From Candidatus Saccharimonadota bacterium (GTDB taxonomy: Bacteria > Bacteroidota > Bacteroidia > Cytophagales > Amoebophilaceae), in NCBI RefSeq assembly GCF_003351905.1, contig NZ_CP022339.1, positions 1,050,001 to 1,082,000 on the forward strand: 32,000 bases of DNA, in the 5' to 3' direction. The notes under the pieces were generated by a model. That model saw only the letters and a list, made by a program, of their open reading frames with translations, ran no database searches and was not told the DNA's origin. Positions within the stretch are counted from its first letter, which is position 1. Every line of letters begins with the position of its first letter. Made by a program: the position numbers and the translations under genes. Positions 8,755 through 16,372 of this stretch are shown here, piece after piece.

Positions 8755-9546
8755 ATGAATCTTTTTAAAAAAAGTATCGCCTTTTTAACCGCTTTGTCCT
8801 TTATGCCATCACCAAAAGTTGCCGCAGAGGAATTGCACTATGGTATAAGAATAGGAGGCGCTAACTCTTTTATGATCCTTCCGCGTTTACAAGAGATTAA
8901 TAAAGAACTCCAAAACTCAGTATCAGATCAATCCCAAGGCCAAGCTAAGTTAGAATGTGGTAAGTGGAACCCTTGGTTTGCGGCTGCCCTATACATGGAG
9001 TATGCCTTTAACGATCATATAGGATTAGGTATGGAGGTACTCTATAGTAGATTTGATTGTTTAATGGAACACCAAAATCTTTCTGAAACAGAAAAGTGTA
9101 ATATCAGTACCCTGAAATGCACTCATACCATTGGGCTGCCTGTGCTCTTTACATGGTACTGGACTGCTTTGATCTGCCCAGATTTCAAAAAAAATTATTT
9201 CCTTGGTCGTCTTTTCGTAGGGCTGCACAGTTTTTATCTTGTTAAGTGTGATATAAAACGAGAGATGATGGTTAACGGTGAAAAAACCTCAAGACCAATA
9301 CTCTTTAACGGTGAAGAATTTGTAACTACTGATAGTTTTGTAGACGAACCTTTTAATGAAGGCGAGAAAAGACTTAAATATGGCTTTATATATGGCACCT
9401 CTTTAGAGTTTCCTAGTGGTTTGCTCCTTGAAATAAAAGGTATGGCGCCTTATAACTTCTGCAATGTAGAGTCTAAAAAGAATAGGCCTAATGTACACGC
9501 CTTCCATCTTTCTGTTGGCTATAATTTTGCTAAGCTATACGCTTAA
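8755..9546 (+). CDS. Putative outer-membrane beta-barrel protein
   Basis: The N-terminus looks like a signal peptide (MNLFKKSIAFLTALSFMPSPKVAAEE). Aromatic-rich alternating segments follow, and the C-terminal strand is HLSVGYNFAKLYA. No specific family was recognised. Confidence 0.5.
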   Translation: MNLFKKSIAFLTALSFMPSPKVAAEELHYGIRIGGANSFMILPRLQEINKELQNSVSDQSQGQAKLECGKWNPWFAAALYMEYAFNDHIGLGMEVLYSRFDCLMEHQNLSETEKCNISTLKCTHTIGLPVLFTWYWTALICPDFKKNYFLGRLFVGLHSFYLVKCDIKREMMVNGEKTSRPILFNGEEFVTTDSFVDEPFNEGEKRLKYGFIYGTSLEFPSGLLLEIKGMAPYNFCNVESKKNRPNVHAFHLSVGYNFAKLYA

Positions 9547-9563
9547 TACCTGGCGTTCCCTTT

Positions 9564-9819
9564 GTATCTATTCAATTCACTGGTTTTTTACGTTAAAAGC
9601 AAACCGCCCCTGAAAAAAGTCGCGTTTTAGAAAGTGTCATCTGACAGATGATTAAGAAAAACAGATTCCTTTCAAGCCCCCACAGGGGGCGGTTTCTGTT
9701 TTTCCATCTGTAAATGTCACTTTCAGCGACTTTTTACCGAGGGCTTGATTTTTGTACACTTTTTAATCAAGATATAAGTGGAATAAAATTCATTATGAAC
9801 CAGTAACATGAACAGATAC
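9564..9819. mobile_element. MITE (~256 bp) of the ATCTGTTCA-terminus family
   Basis: The left end is GTATCTATTCAATTCACTGGTTTTTTA (from 9564). The reverse complement of the right end is GTATCTGTTCATGTTACTGGTTCATAATGAATTTTAT (9783-9819). Internal complementary blocks are AAACCGCCCCTG / CAGGGGGCGGTTT and AAAAAGTCGCG..GTGTCATCTG / CATCTGTAAATGTCACTTTCAGCGACTTTTT. It sits between the convergent OMP and permease genes and is followed by C8T8 (9819-9834). Confidence 0.75.
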
Positions 9820-9875
9820 CCCCCCCTTTTTTTTATAAGCATTTAGGATGGCTTTGATTCGGGATGCTAGAGAAC

Positions 9876-11108
9876 TTACCCCTCCTGTAACGCCTCTATA
9901 AGCTTTTTCTGCCTCAACAGCTGTATCGCAAGGTATAACGCAGCAGAGAGGCTACCGAGTATCAGTAGGTTCGGGATTACAAGAACCGTCCAATGGATAT
10001 AAACAGGCACATAACGCATGTAATAGAGTGCTGGTTCAAGTGTAACATATTTATAGTGCGCTTGTAAAAAACCAGATCCTATACCTATGATGTTGCCATA
10101 TATCATACCCAAACAGAGGGTCCGTAAACTATTATAGAGCAAAATCGCATCTACCTGCCCATCATAGGCGCCCAAGACTTTCAACACCCCCACCATATAA
10201 CTACGCTCCATAAGTTGGATCATAACGGTAGCTACCATCGTGCATCCTGCTACCAATAGTATAAAAACAATAAAAATAGTTGTATTCTTTTGAATAATAG
10301 CTAGCCAATCATACAAACTACTATACTTCTGTTGGGTGCTTATCAGGCGCAAGTCGTCATCTATACGGCCTAAAATAGCCGTTCGCAATGCTTTTGTAGG
10401 GGACACATGGTCCTTTAAAAAGATGGCATAGCCATTGACGGTTTCTGAAGCCCAATTGTTTAACCGCTGCATCAGACGCCTATCACAAAAAGCCAAATGC
10501 TCATCTATTGCACTTAAATAGGTGCGATAGAGGCCCACCACTTTTAACTTCCGGTAGCGTGCGTTGGGATCTACCGTATGGACCACTACGCTATCGCCTA
10601 GCTTAAGCGCATGCTTTTGGGCCAGATGATGGCTAATACACCATTCATTTTGATGCTTACTTTGGGTGAGATCAGGTAATCTACCTGCGATGAGATAGTC
10701 TGCCAATGTTGTAGGATCGATACCCTTGCATAAGACGCCCGTTACACCTGCCCTTGTATGGATCAGCATAGGCTTTTGGATAAATGGGATGACGCTTTCA
10801 ATGGCATCAGGTAAATCAGCCATTAAACGACACACTTGTGCAGCATCTACAGATGTAGGTGCATGGGGGTGCTGGACACCACTATATTTGGTAATTTCAA
10901 AGTCTCCAGTAAAAGCAGTTAGTTTTTTTTTAATTGCTTTTTGAAAGCCCAACATCACCATTGCGGCAATCAATATAGTAGCGGTGCCTATCGTAATGCT
11001 TAACGTTACAATGGTATCTATGGAAGCAGAAAAAGCCCCCCTATTTCGTTTCCGTACTCGGTTGGCCATAAAGGCAATCCAAGAAATGGTCTGAAAAGAG
11101 CACATCAT
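9876..11108 (-). CDS. FtsX-like ABC transporter permease, LolC/LolE family
   Basis: The layout is an N-terminal TM helix, a MacB-like periplasmic domain (GIDPTTLADYLIAGRLPD, LKLGDSVVV) and a C-terminal FtsX 3-TM bundle. The preferred start is the ATG at 11108-11106, which overlaps the proS stop by 1 nt (TGATG). The longest ORF extends to 11165. Confidence 0.85.
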   Translation of the reverse strand: MMCSFQTISWIAFMANRVRKRNRGAFSASIDTIVTLSITIGTATILIAAMVMLGFQKAIKKKLTAFTGDFEITKYSGVQHPHAPTSVDAAQVCRLMADLPDAIESVIPFIQKPMLIHTRAGVTGVLCKGIDPTTLADYLIAGRLPDLTQSKHQNEWCISHHLAQKHALKLGDSVVVHTVDPNARYRKLKVVGLYRTYLSAIDEHLAFCDRRLMQRLNNWASETVNGYAIFLKDHVSPTKALRTAILGRIDDDLRLISTQQKYSSLYDWLAIIQKNTTIFIVFILLVAGCTMVATVMIQLMERSYMVGVLKVLGAYDGQVDAILLYNSLRTLCLGMIYGNIIGIGSGFLQAHYKYVTLEPALYYMRYVPVYIHWTVLVIPNLLILGSLSAALYLAIQLLRQKKLIEALQEG

Positions 11109-12580
11109 CAATAGGCCTGCGCAAAAACAACACGTCTTTGGGAGGGTTTGCCTGAATAGATACAATAGCCAGCTGTTGTATCTTCATCTAATGGGATGCA
11201 ACGGATCGTCGCCTTGGTTTCTGCTTTAATTTTTGCTTCTGTTTCGGTAGTCCCATCCCAATGGGCCAGTAAAAAGCCCCCTTGCGTAGCCATCAGCTTT
11301 TTAAAGGTAGTATAATCATCCACCAGCAGGGTGCGTTTTTGCTGTAAGGAAAGCGCCCGTTCGTAGATATGCCTCTGAATCATTTCCAACCAATCTGTAA
11401 CTTGTTGGGTCAAATTGCCTATAGGAATGGTGCATTTCTCTTTGGTATCCCTACGTGCCAATTCTACTGTATGGTTTTGTAAATCATTAGGTCCTAAGGC
11501 TACACGAATCGGCACCCCCTTTTCTTCATATTCCGCAAACTTATACCCTGGCTTACGGGTATCTCTCTCGTCTAGCTTGACGCGCACCCCTTGACTATTT
11601 AATTGTTTTTGCAAAGCAGCTAATTGGGCTACTACTGCCGCACGTTCATGCTCTGTTTTATAAATCGGCACCATGACTACCTGTATAGGGGCAATTTTAG
11701 GCGGTAATACCAAGCCATTGTCATCCGAATGGATCATAATCAATGCGCCCATTAACCGTGTAGTAATGCCCCAGGAAGTACCCCATACATAGTCACGTAT
11801 ACCCGCCTGATTGGTAAAAGTTACCTCAAAGGCTTTGGCAAACCGTTGCCCTAGGTAATGCGCGGTACCAGCTTGTAGTGCTTTCCCATCCTGCATCAGC
11901 GCTTCAATGGTATAGGTTGTTTCCGCGCCAGCAAAGCGCTCGTTTTCTGTTTTAATCCCTTTTATCAAAGGGATTGCCATATAGTCTCTAATGATGCATT
12001 CATACAAATGCAACATTTGTAAAGCCTCTTTTTCAGCCTCTTCCTGCGTAGCATGGGCTGTGTGGCCCTCTTGCCATAAAAACTCTGTGGTACGTAGAAA
12101 GAGCCTTGTACGCATCTCCCAGCGTACTACATTGCACCACTGATTCAGTAATATGGGAAGATCCCTATAGGATTGAATCCAGTTTTTGTAGGTGCTCCAT
12201 ATAACCGCCTCTGAAGTAGGACGTACAATAAGTTCCTCCTCTAACTTAGCCGCAGGGTCGACCACCACACCTTGGCCATCTTCGGCCATCTTTAAACGAT
12301 AATGGGTTACAACCGCACATTCTTTGGCAAAGCCTGCTACATGGCTCGCCTCCTTGCTCAGGTAAGATTTTGGAATCAATAGAGGGAAATAACCATTTAC
12401 ATGGCCTGTCTCCTTAAAAGCCCTATCAAAAATCGTTTGTAACCTTTCCCAAATGGCATAACCATAAGGCTTAATAACCATACAACCCCGTACAGAAGCA
12501 TTTTCTGCCAGACCTGCACGGACGACTAATGCATTATACCAAGCGGAAAAATCAGATGCTCTTGTAGGTACAGAGGTCAT
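11108..12580 (-). CDS. proS: Proline--tRNA ligase (archaeal/eukaryote-like type, as found in Bacteroidota)
   Basis: The N-terminus is [32 protein letters not shown]. Class II core motifs are present, and the C-terminal end ...RRVVFAQAY is characteristic. Length is 490 aa. Confidence 0.97.
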   Translation of the reverse strand: MTSVPTRASDFSAWYNALVVRAGLAENASVRGCMVIKPYGYAIWERLQTIFDRAFKETGHVNGYFPLLIPKSYLSKEASHVAGFAKECAVVTHYRLKMAEDGQGVVVDPAAKLEEELIVRPTSEAVIWSTYKNWIQSYRDLPILLNQWCNVVRWEMRTRLFLRTTEFLWQEGHTAHATQEEAEKEALQMLHLYECIIRDYMAIPLIKGIKTENERFAGAETTYTIEALMQDGKALQAGTAHYLGQRFAKAFEVTFTNQAGIRDYVWGTSWGITTRLMGALIMIHSDDNGLVLPPKIAPIQVVMVPIYKTEHERAAVVAQLAALQKQLNSQGVRVKLDERDTRKPGYKFAEYEEKGVPIRVALGPNDLQNHTVELARRDTKEKCTIPIGNLTQQVTDWLEMIQRHIYERALSLQQKRTLLVDDYTTFKKLMATQGGFLLAHWDGTTETEAKIKAETKATIRCIPLDEDTTAGYCIYSGKPSQRRVVFAQAY

Positions 12581-12606
12581 ATTTAAAAAATATATGGATC
12601 AATAAA

Positions 12607-12998
12607 GAAAAACAAGCCTATAAGCCGGGTTCTGTAGTGCGCTACCGCGCACTGCTTGCCATTTATCTGGAGTTATAATCACTTATAACTTCTAGCGGCC
12701 CACCCACATGTCTTAAAAACGAACGAGCAGCCCATTACGCTATTGCGTAGACATGCCTATTTGGCCTTGCAATCCCTAAGGTTTACCCTGCCCCTATGGT
12801 CACCCATAGAGCGGTGAGCTCTTACCTCACCTTTTCACCCTTACCCTCTTTATTGAATTGAAGAGAGCGGTCTGTTTTCTGTGGCACTTGCTGTCATATG
12901 GAAGATATGCCTTCCTGTTAGGAAGTAGGGTGCTCTGCATTGCCCGGACTTTCCTCTTTAACCTTTAATGGCCAAAGCGACAAGCCAGCTTGTTTTTC
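12607..12998 (-). ncRNA. rnpB: RNase P RNA, bacterial type A
   Basis: The minus strand contains GAGGAAAGUCCGGGC, ACAGAAAACAGACCGC, GGGUAAGGGUGAAAAGGUGAGGUAAGAGCUCACC, GGUAAACCUUAGGGAUUGCAAGGCCAAAUAGG and ACAGAACCCGGCUUAU. A P1 helix forms between GAAAAACAAGC at the 5' end and GCUUGUUUUUC at the 3' end. The ends are approximate to within a few nt. Confidence 0.93.
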
Positions 12999-13004
12999 TA
13001 GTCT

Positions 13005-14108
13005 CTAATTTACGGTGTGGAGTAACCTATTCCAACGGATACCGCTAAAAAACGATTGATTCCTATCTGAAGACAACAATACCATCACCGCCTTACCCAC
13101 GATATGATCTTCTGGAATAAACCCAATGAATCTAGAGTCACCAGATTGGTCTCGATTGTCTCCCATTGCAAAATAATAATTCTTACAAAACGTATAGTGC
13201 GCTACCTCCTGACCATCTATCCAACATGCAGTTTTCGTAAACCGAATATTTTTTTTCCCTTCAAATCTTTGTATGGTAGGACCATACAATAGAATATTTT
13301 GTGCATCCATTTGCAGCACCATGCCTTTATTTGGCACCCGAAGGGGACCAAAATTATCCTTGGTCCACCCTAAAGTAGGGCTAAAGGGATAGACACTGGA
13401 CCGTAGGTCCCCTTCCTCTTCTACTGGGTTTACGGATTGAATACAAGTAGGCAAGATTGTAGTAAGTTGTTTCACTTTTTCTGGTGTAGTATATATCGTA
13501 TAGCCTTCACGTCCCGGAATTGTAGTGCGTATAGGATTTTTAATGTCATTTTTTTCAAAAAAAGCAGCGGTTAAAATCCGCTTGGTTTTCATAAAATAGC
13601 AATATTGCGTTCTATCCGCTGAATCTGCTGGTTCCTCGTTAACATAAAGTTGTTTATGTCTTATATGCACTAAGTCACCAGGCAGTGCGATGCAACGTTT
13701 GATCCAATACGCGCGTAAGTCAGGAGGCTCATGACCTACCGGGGTATTAAAAACAATAATATCATTGCGCTTTACCTTACTCAATCCAGGCAAACGATAA
13801 GTAGGCAATTGAATCCAGTCAAGGTAAGAAGGAATCTTTGTACCTGGAATGGTTTGATGGGTAATTGGAAGTTGCAATGGCGTAGCGGGTGTCCGGGCAC
13901 CATAGTGGATCTTACTGACCAATACAAAATCTCCAGTTAAAAGTGTAGGCTCCATAGAGCCAGAAGGGATCACGTATAGCCCAATCACCATCCAACGAAT
14001 TAAGGCAGCTGCCATAGCGGCAAAAAAAACAGAACCTACCCAATCCCGAATGGCACCTATAGCTGAACCCATTCCATCCTGTTTTTTAGCTGAAAAAGAA
14101 GTCTTCAT
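13005..14108 (-). CDS. lepB: Signal peptidase I
   Basis: The S26 motifs are present: IPSGSMEPTL (catalytic Ser), KRCIALPGD (catalytic Lys) and GDNRDQSGDSRFIGFIPEDHIVGKA. There is an N-terminal TM segment. Confidence 0.95.
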   Translation of the reverse strand: MKTSFSAKKQDGMGSAIGAIRDWVGSVFFAAMAAALIRWMVIGLYVIPSGSMEPTLLTGDFVLVSKIHYGARTPATPLQLPITHQTIPGTKIPSYLDWIQLPTYRLPGLSKVKRNDIIVFNTPVGHEPPDLRAYWIKRCIALPGDLVHIRHKQLYVNEEPADSADRTQYCYFMKTKRILTAAFFEKNDIKNPIRTTIPGREGYTIYTTPEKVKQLTTILPTCIQSVNPVEEEGDLRSSVYPFSPTLGWTKDNFGPLRVPNKGMVLQMDAQNILLYGPTIQRFEGKKNIRFTKTACWIDGQEVAHYTFCKNYYFAMGDNRDQSGDSRFIGFIPEDHIVGKAVMVLLSSDRNQSFFSGIRWNRLLHTVN

Positions 14109-14726
14109 TCGTACGCTTCGTTATAATAATAGCTTCTATAGTTGGTTAGGATGCAATATAATACACTATTGGGAATTTTGCCAAAAAAAGCTACTTAAAC
14201 CCAACATCAATCTATACAAAAGGTAGTTGATGTCTATTGTTTGATGATGACTTGGAATAGCTATACTGGTTGTGTGTTATACCAATAGGTTGTTTGAATC
14301 AAAAATTTATTGTATAATACTTAAATATAAATTTTAAGCAATAGGTTTTATGTTCTTTTTTTTCTATCTGTTTTTGGTACGTTGTATATACGGCTGTAGT
14401 ACTATGGTTAGGTTGAACAACAACGATACTATGTCGGTGGAGGTAGGTTGTGGTGCTAGTGCAATGCGTGAGGCAACTATATCGCATATAGGCGATCCGG
14501 GGGGCTCTGGTTCTATGCTTGAAGATCCAATAGGGTGTCCACCAGACTTGGCAGCGGTAGACCTGTCCTCAATCGTTTACGAAGTTACCATTGATTCATC
14601 TGGTCAATATCTGGTTGGATGTTTAGAATATATAGTTGGCGATACGGCGCTACCTGATCCAGCTCAATCGACTCAAGAGGGAGTGGCCGAATTAGGCATG
14701 TCCTATTCACATCATCAGCAATATGA

Positions 14727-15110
14727 TTAATAGATAACCCTATTAATGATGCAACGAGCGGTGGAGCCATAACAGATCAAGGTGGACTGCTTGAGTTTGA
14801 TGTTGCAAGCCAACCCAACGCTTTAGGTATTGTTTCAATAAGGCATCAAGGTATAAAAAAAGAAAAAAACCCTTACAAATGTGATATATGTGGTAAAGGT
14901 TTTGGCTATAAAACTTCTTTAGATGCACACCATAACAAACATACAAGATTAATACAGTACAAATGTGATATATGTGGTAAAACATTAAAGAATCAATCTG
15001 GTTTAAAAAGACATAAAAAGAGAAACCACACAGGAGAAAAATCGTAGGAATGTGCTACCTGTAGTAAATATTTTGTTACGCAATTCGAGTTGAGTGCTTA
15101 TCAAAATGGC
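14727..15110 (+). pseudogene. Remnant of a eukaryote-type (Krueppel-like) C2H2 zinc-finger gene with two intact fingers and one decayed finger. It has no start codon and carries an internal stop.
   Basis: My frame-3 translation reads ...KNPYKCDICGKGFGYKTSLDAHHNKHTRLIQYKCDICGKTLKNQSGLKRHKKRNHTGEKS*ECATCSKYFVTQFELSAYQ. The first two fingers fit CX2CX12HX3-4H, and an HTGEK linker is present. A TAG at 15045-15047 sits where the linker aromatic residue is expected. A 24-nt exact repeat TACAAATGTGATATATGTGGTAAA occurs at 14874 and 14958, 84 nt (28 codons) apart. The frame contains no ATG, GTG or TTG upstream of the fingers. Confidence 0.6.
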
Positions 15111-15253
15111 AGAAGCAAAATGGGAAAATCTGTCTTTCCTCAGCTGTGTCTAAATATTGTGTGAAGTATGCGAAATCCCTAAATTGCATGGGTGCTACAT
15201 TCAGGTTGTATTGCATGCATCGTATACAAAAAAACCAGGCCATATCTGTTCAA

Positions 15254-16258
15254 ATGAACCATCCATTAATCATTTTAGGTATTGAATCCTCTTGCGACGA
15301 AACTGCTGCTGCTGTAATCCGTGGTGGCAAGATAGTTAGCAATGTAGTCATGAGTCAGTTGATGCATCAAAAATATGGTGGTGTGGTTCCAGAACTCGCA
15401 GCAAGGGCACATGAAACCAATATGATTCCTGTGGTAACCGCTGCCCTTGAAGCGGCCGCCATACAAAAGTGTGCATTAGATGCCGTTGGGTTTACACAAG
15501 GTCCAGGGTTATTGGGTCCACTTTTAGTAGGCAGCTGTTTTGCCAAATCATTCGCTTTTTCGCTGGGTATACCGCTTATAGCTGTCCATCATATTCAAGC
15601 ACATGTATGGGCTAATTTTATTGATGATCCTAAACCCACGTTCCCTTTTCTCTGTTTGACCGTTAGTGGGGGGCATACACAAATTATCTTAGTGCAAGAT
15701 TATTGCTCTATGGAGGTTTTAGGCGAGACCCAAGATGATGCTGTAGGAGAGGCCTTTGATAAGATAGCCAGTTTAATGGGGCTAGGCTATCCAGGTGGCC
15801 CTTTAATAGATCACTATGCCCAAGGAGGTAATTCCCAAGCGTTTGCTTTTCCAGCTACCCATATACCCGGGTTTGATTTTTCATTTAGCGGGATCAAAAC
15901 CGCTTTTGCGCTGTTTATTCGCAAGCAGACACCTGAATTTCTGTTGGCCCATCGGGCCGATATCTGTGCCAGCATTCAAGCTGTTCTGGTGCGTATGTTA
16001 TTGGATAAATTCACCAAGGCGGCTCAAAAGAGTGGTATTACCACCGTTGCATTAGCTGGAGGGGTAGCTGCCAATAGCTATTTGCGACAGCAACTCAAGG
16101 CGTTGGCAGAGCAACACCACTGGCATGTTTTTATACCCGCTATGCCCTACTGTACAGATAATGCTGCTATGGTAGCTATGACGGCTTATTATAAATATCA
16201 GTTGAATGAATTTACTGATTTGACTGTTAAGTCGTTGCCTAGGTATCCAATTGGGTAA
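15254..16258 (+). CDS. tsaD: tRNA N6-adenosine threonylcarbamoyltransferase
   Basis: Motifs present are ILGIESSCDETAAAV, AVHHIQAH, VSGGHTQ and LAGGVAANS. The start is placed at the ATG at 15254 (MNHPLIILGIE), giving the usual ~335 aa. The GTG at 15146 would add an atypical 36-aa extension. Confidence 0.95.
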   Translation: MNHPLIILGIESSCDETAAAVIRGGKIVSNVVMSQLMHQKYGGVVPELAARAHETNMIPVVTAALEAAAIQKCALDAVGFTQGPGLLGPLLVGSCFAKSFAFSLGIPLIAVHHIQAHVWANFIDDPKPTFPFLCLTVSGGHTQIILVQDYCSMEVLGETQDDAVGEAFDKIASLMGLGYPGGPLIDHYAQGGNSQAFAFPATHIPGFDFSFSGIKTAFALFIRKQTPEFLLAHRADICASIQAVLVRMLLDKFTKAAQKSGITTVALAGGVAANSYLRQQLKALAEQHHWHVFIPAMPYCTDNAAMVAMTAYYKYQLNEFTDLTVKSLPRYPIG

Positions 16259-16265
16259 GGCGTTT

Positions 16266-16352
16266 GTATGTGTTCAGTGCAGTGGTTTTTTTGCGTCAAA
16301 AAAAACGCCCCTGTAAAAAGTCGCGGTGTAGAAAGTGGCATTTTACATCATC
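16266..16352. mobile_element. Half copy of the MITE family (left terminus plus inner block)
   Basis: GTATGTGTTCAGTGCAGTGGTTTTTTTGCGTCAAAAAAAACGCCCCTGTAAAAAGTCGCGGTGTAGAAAGTGGCAT aligns with the left half of 9564-9819, and its terminus aligns with the 5911 TIR. It fills the gap between the convergent tsaD and ftsK stops. Confidence 0.6.
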
Positions 16353-16372
16353 TTCTTGGTTGGTCTGTGGTT

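Noticed and set aside
10726-10944. Plus-strand ORF within the permease gene
   Set aside because: It is antisense to the LolC/E-like gene, so it is a shadow ORF.
13104-13940. Plus-strand ORFs 13104..13292 and 13731..13940
   Set aside because: They are antisense to lepB, which has clear S26 motifs.
14299-14985. ORFs 14299..14487(-), 14585..14770(-) and 14743..14985(-), and ORF 14350..14730(+) as an independent functional gene
   Set aside because: The minus-strand ORFs are antisense to, or overlap, the zinc-finger remnant and have low-complexity translations. The 14350..14730 ORF has no recognisable motif and an odd poly-Phe N-terminus. I treat it only as possible decayed 5' sequence of the pseudogene, not as a supported CDS.
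15146-15253. A 36-codon N-terminal extension of tsaD from the GTG at 15146
   Set aside because: TsaD proteins normally begin a few residues before the ILGIESSCDET motif. The extension is Cys/Tyr-rich and overlaps the tail of the zinc-finger remnant frame. ORFs 15275..15466(-) and 15816..16055(+) were likewise dismissed as overlapping or shadow ORFs.
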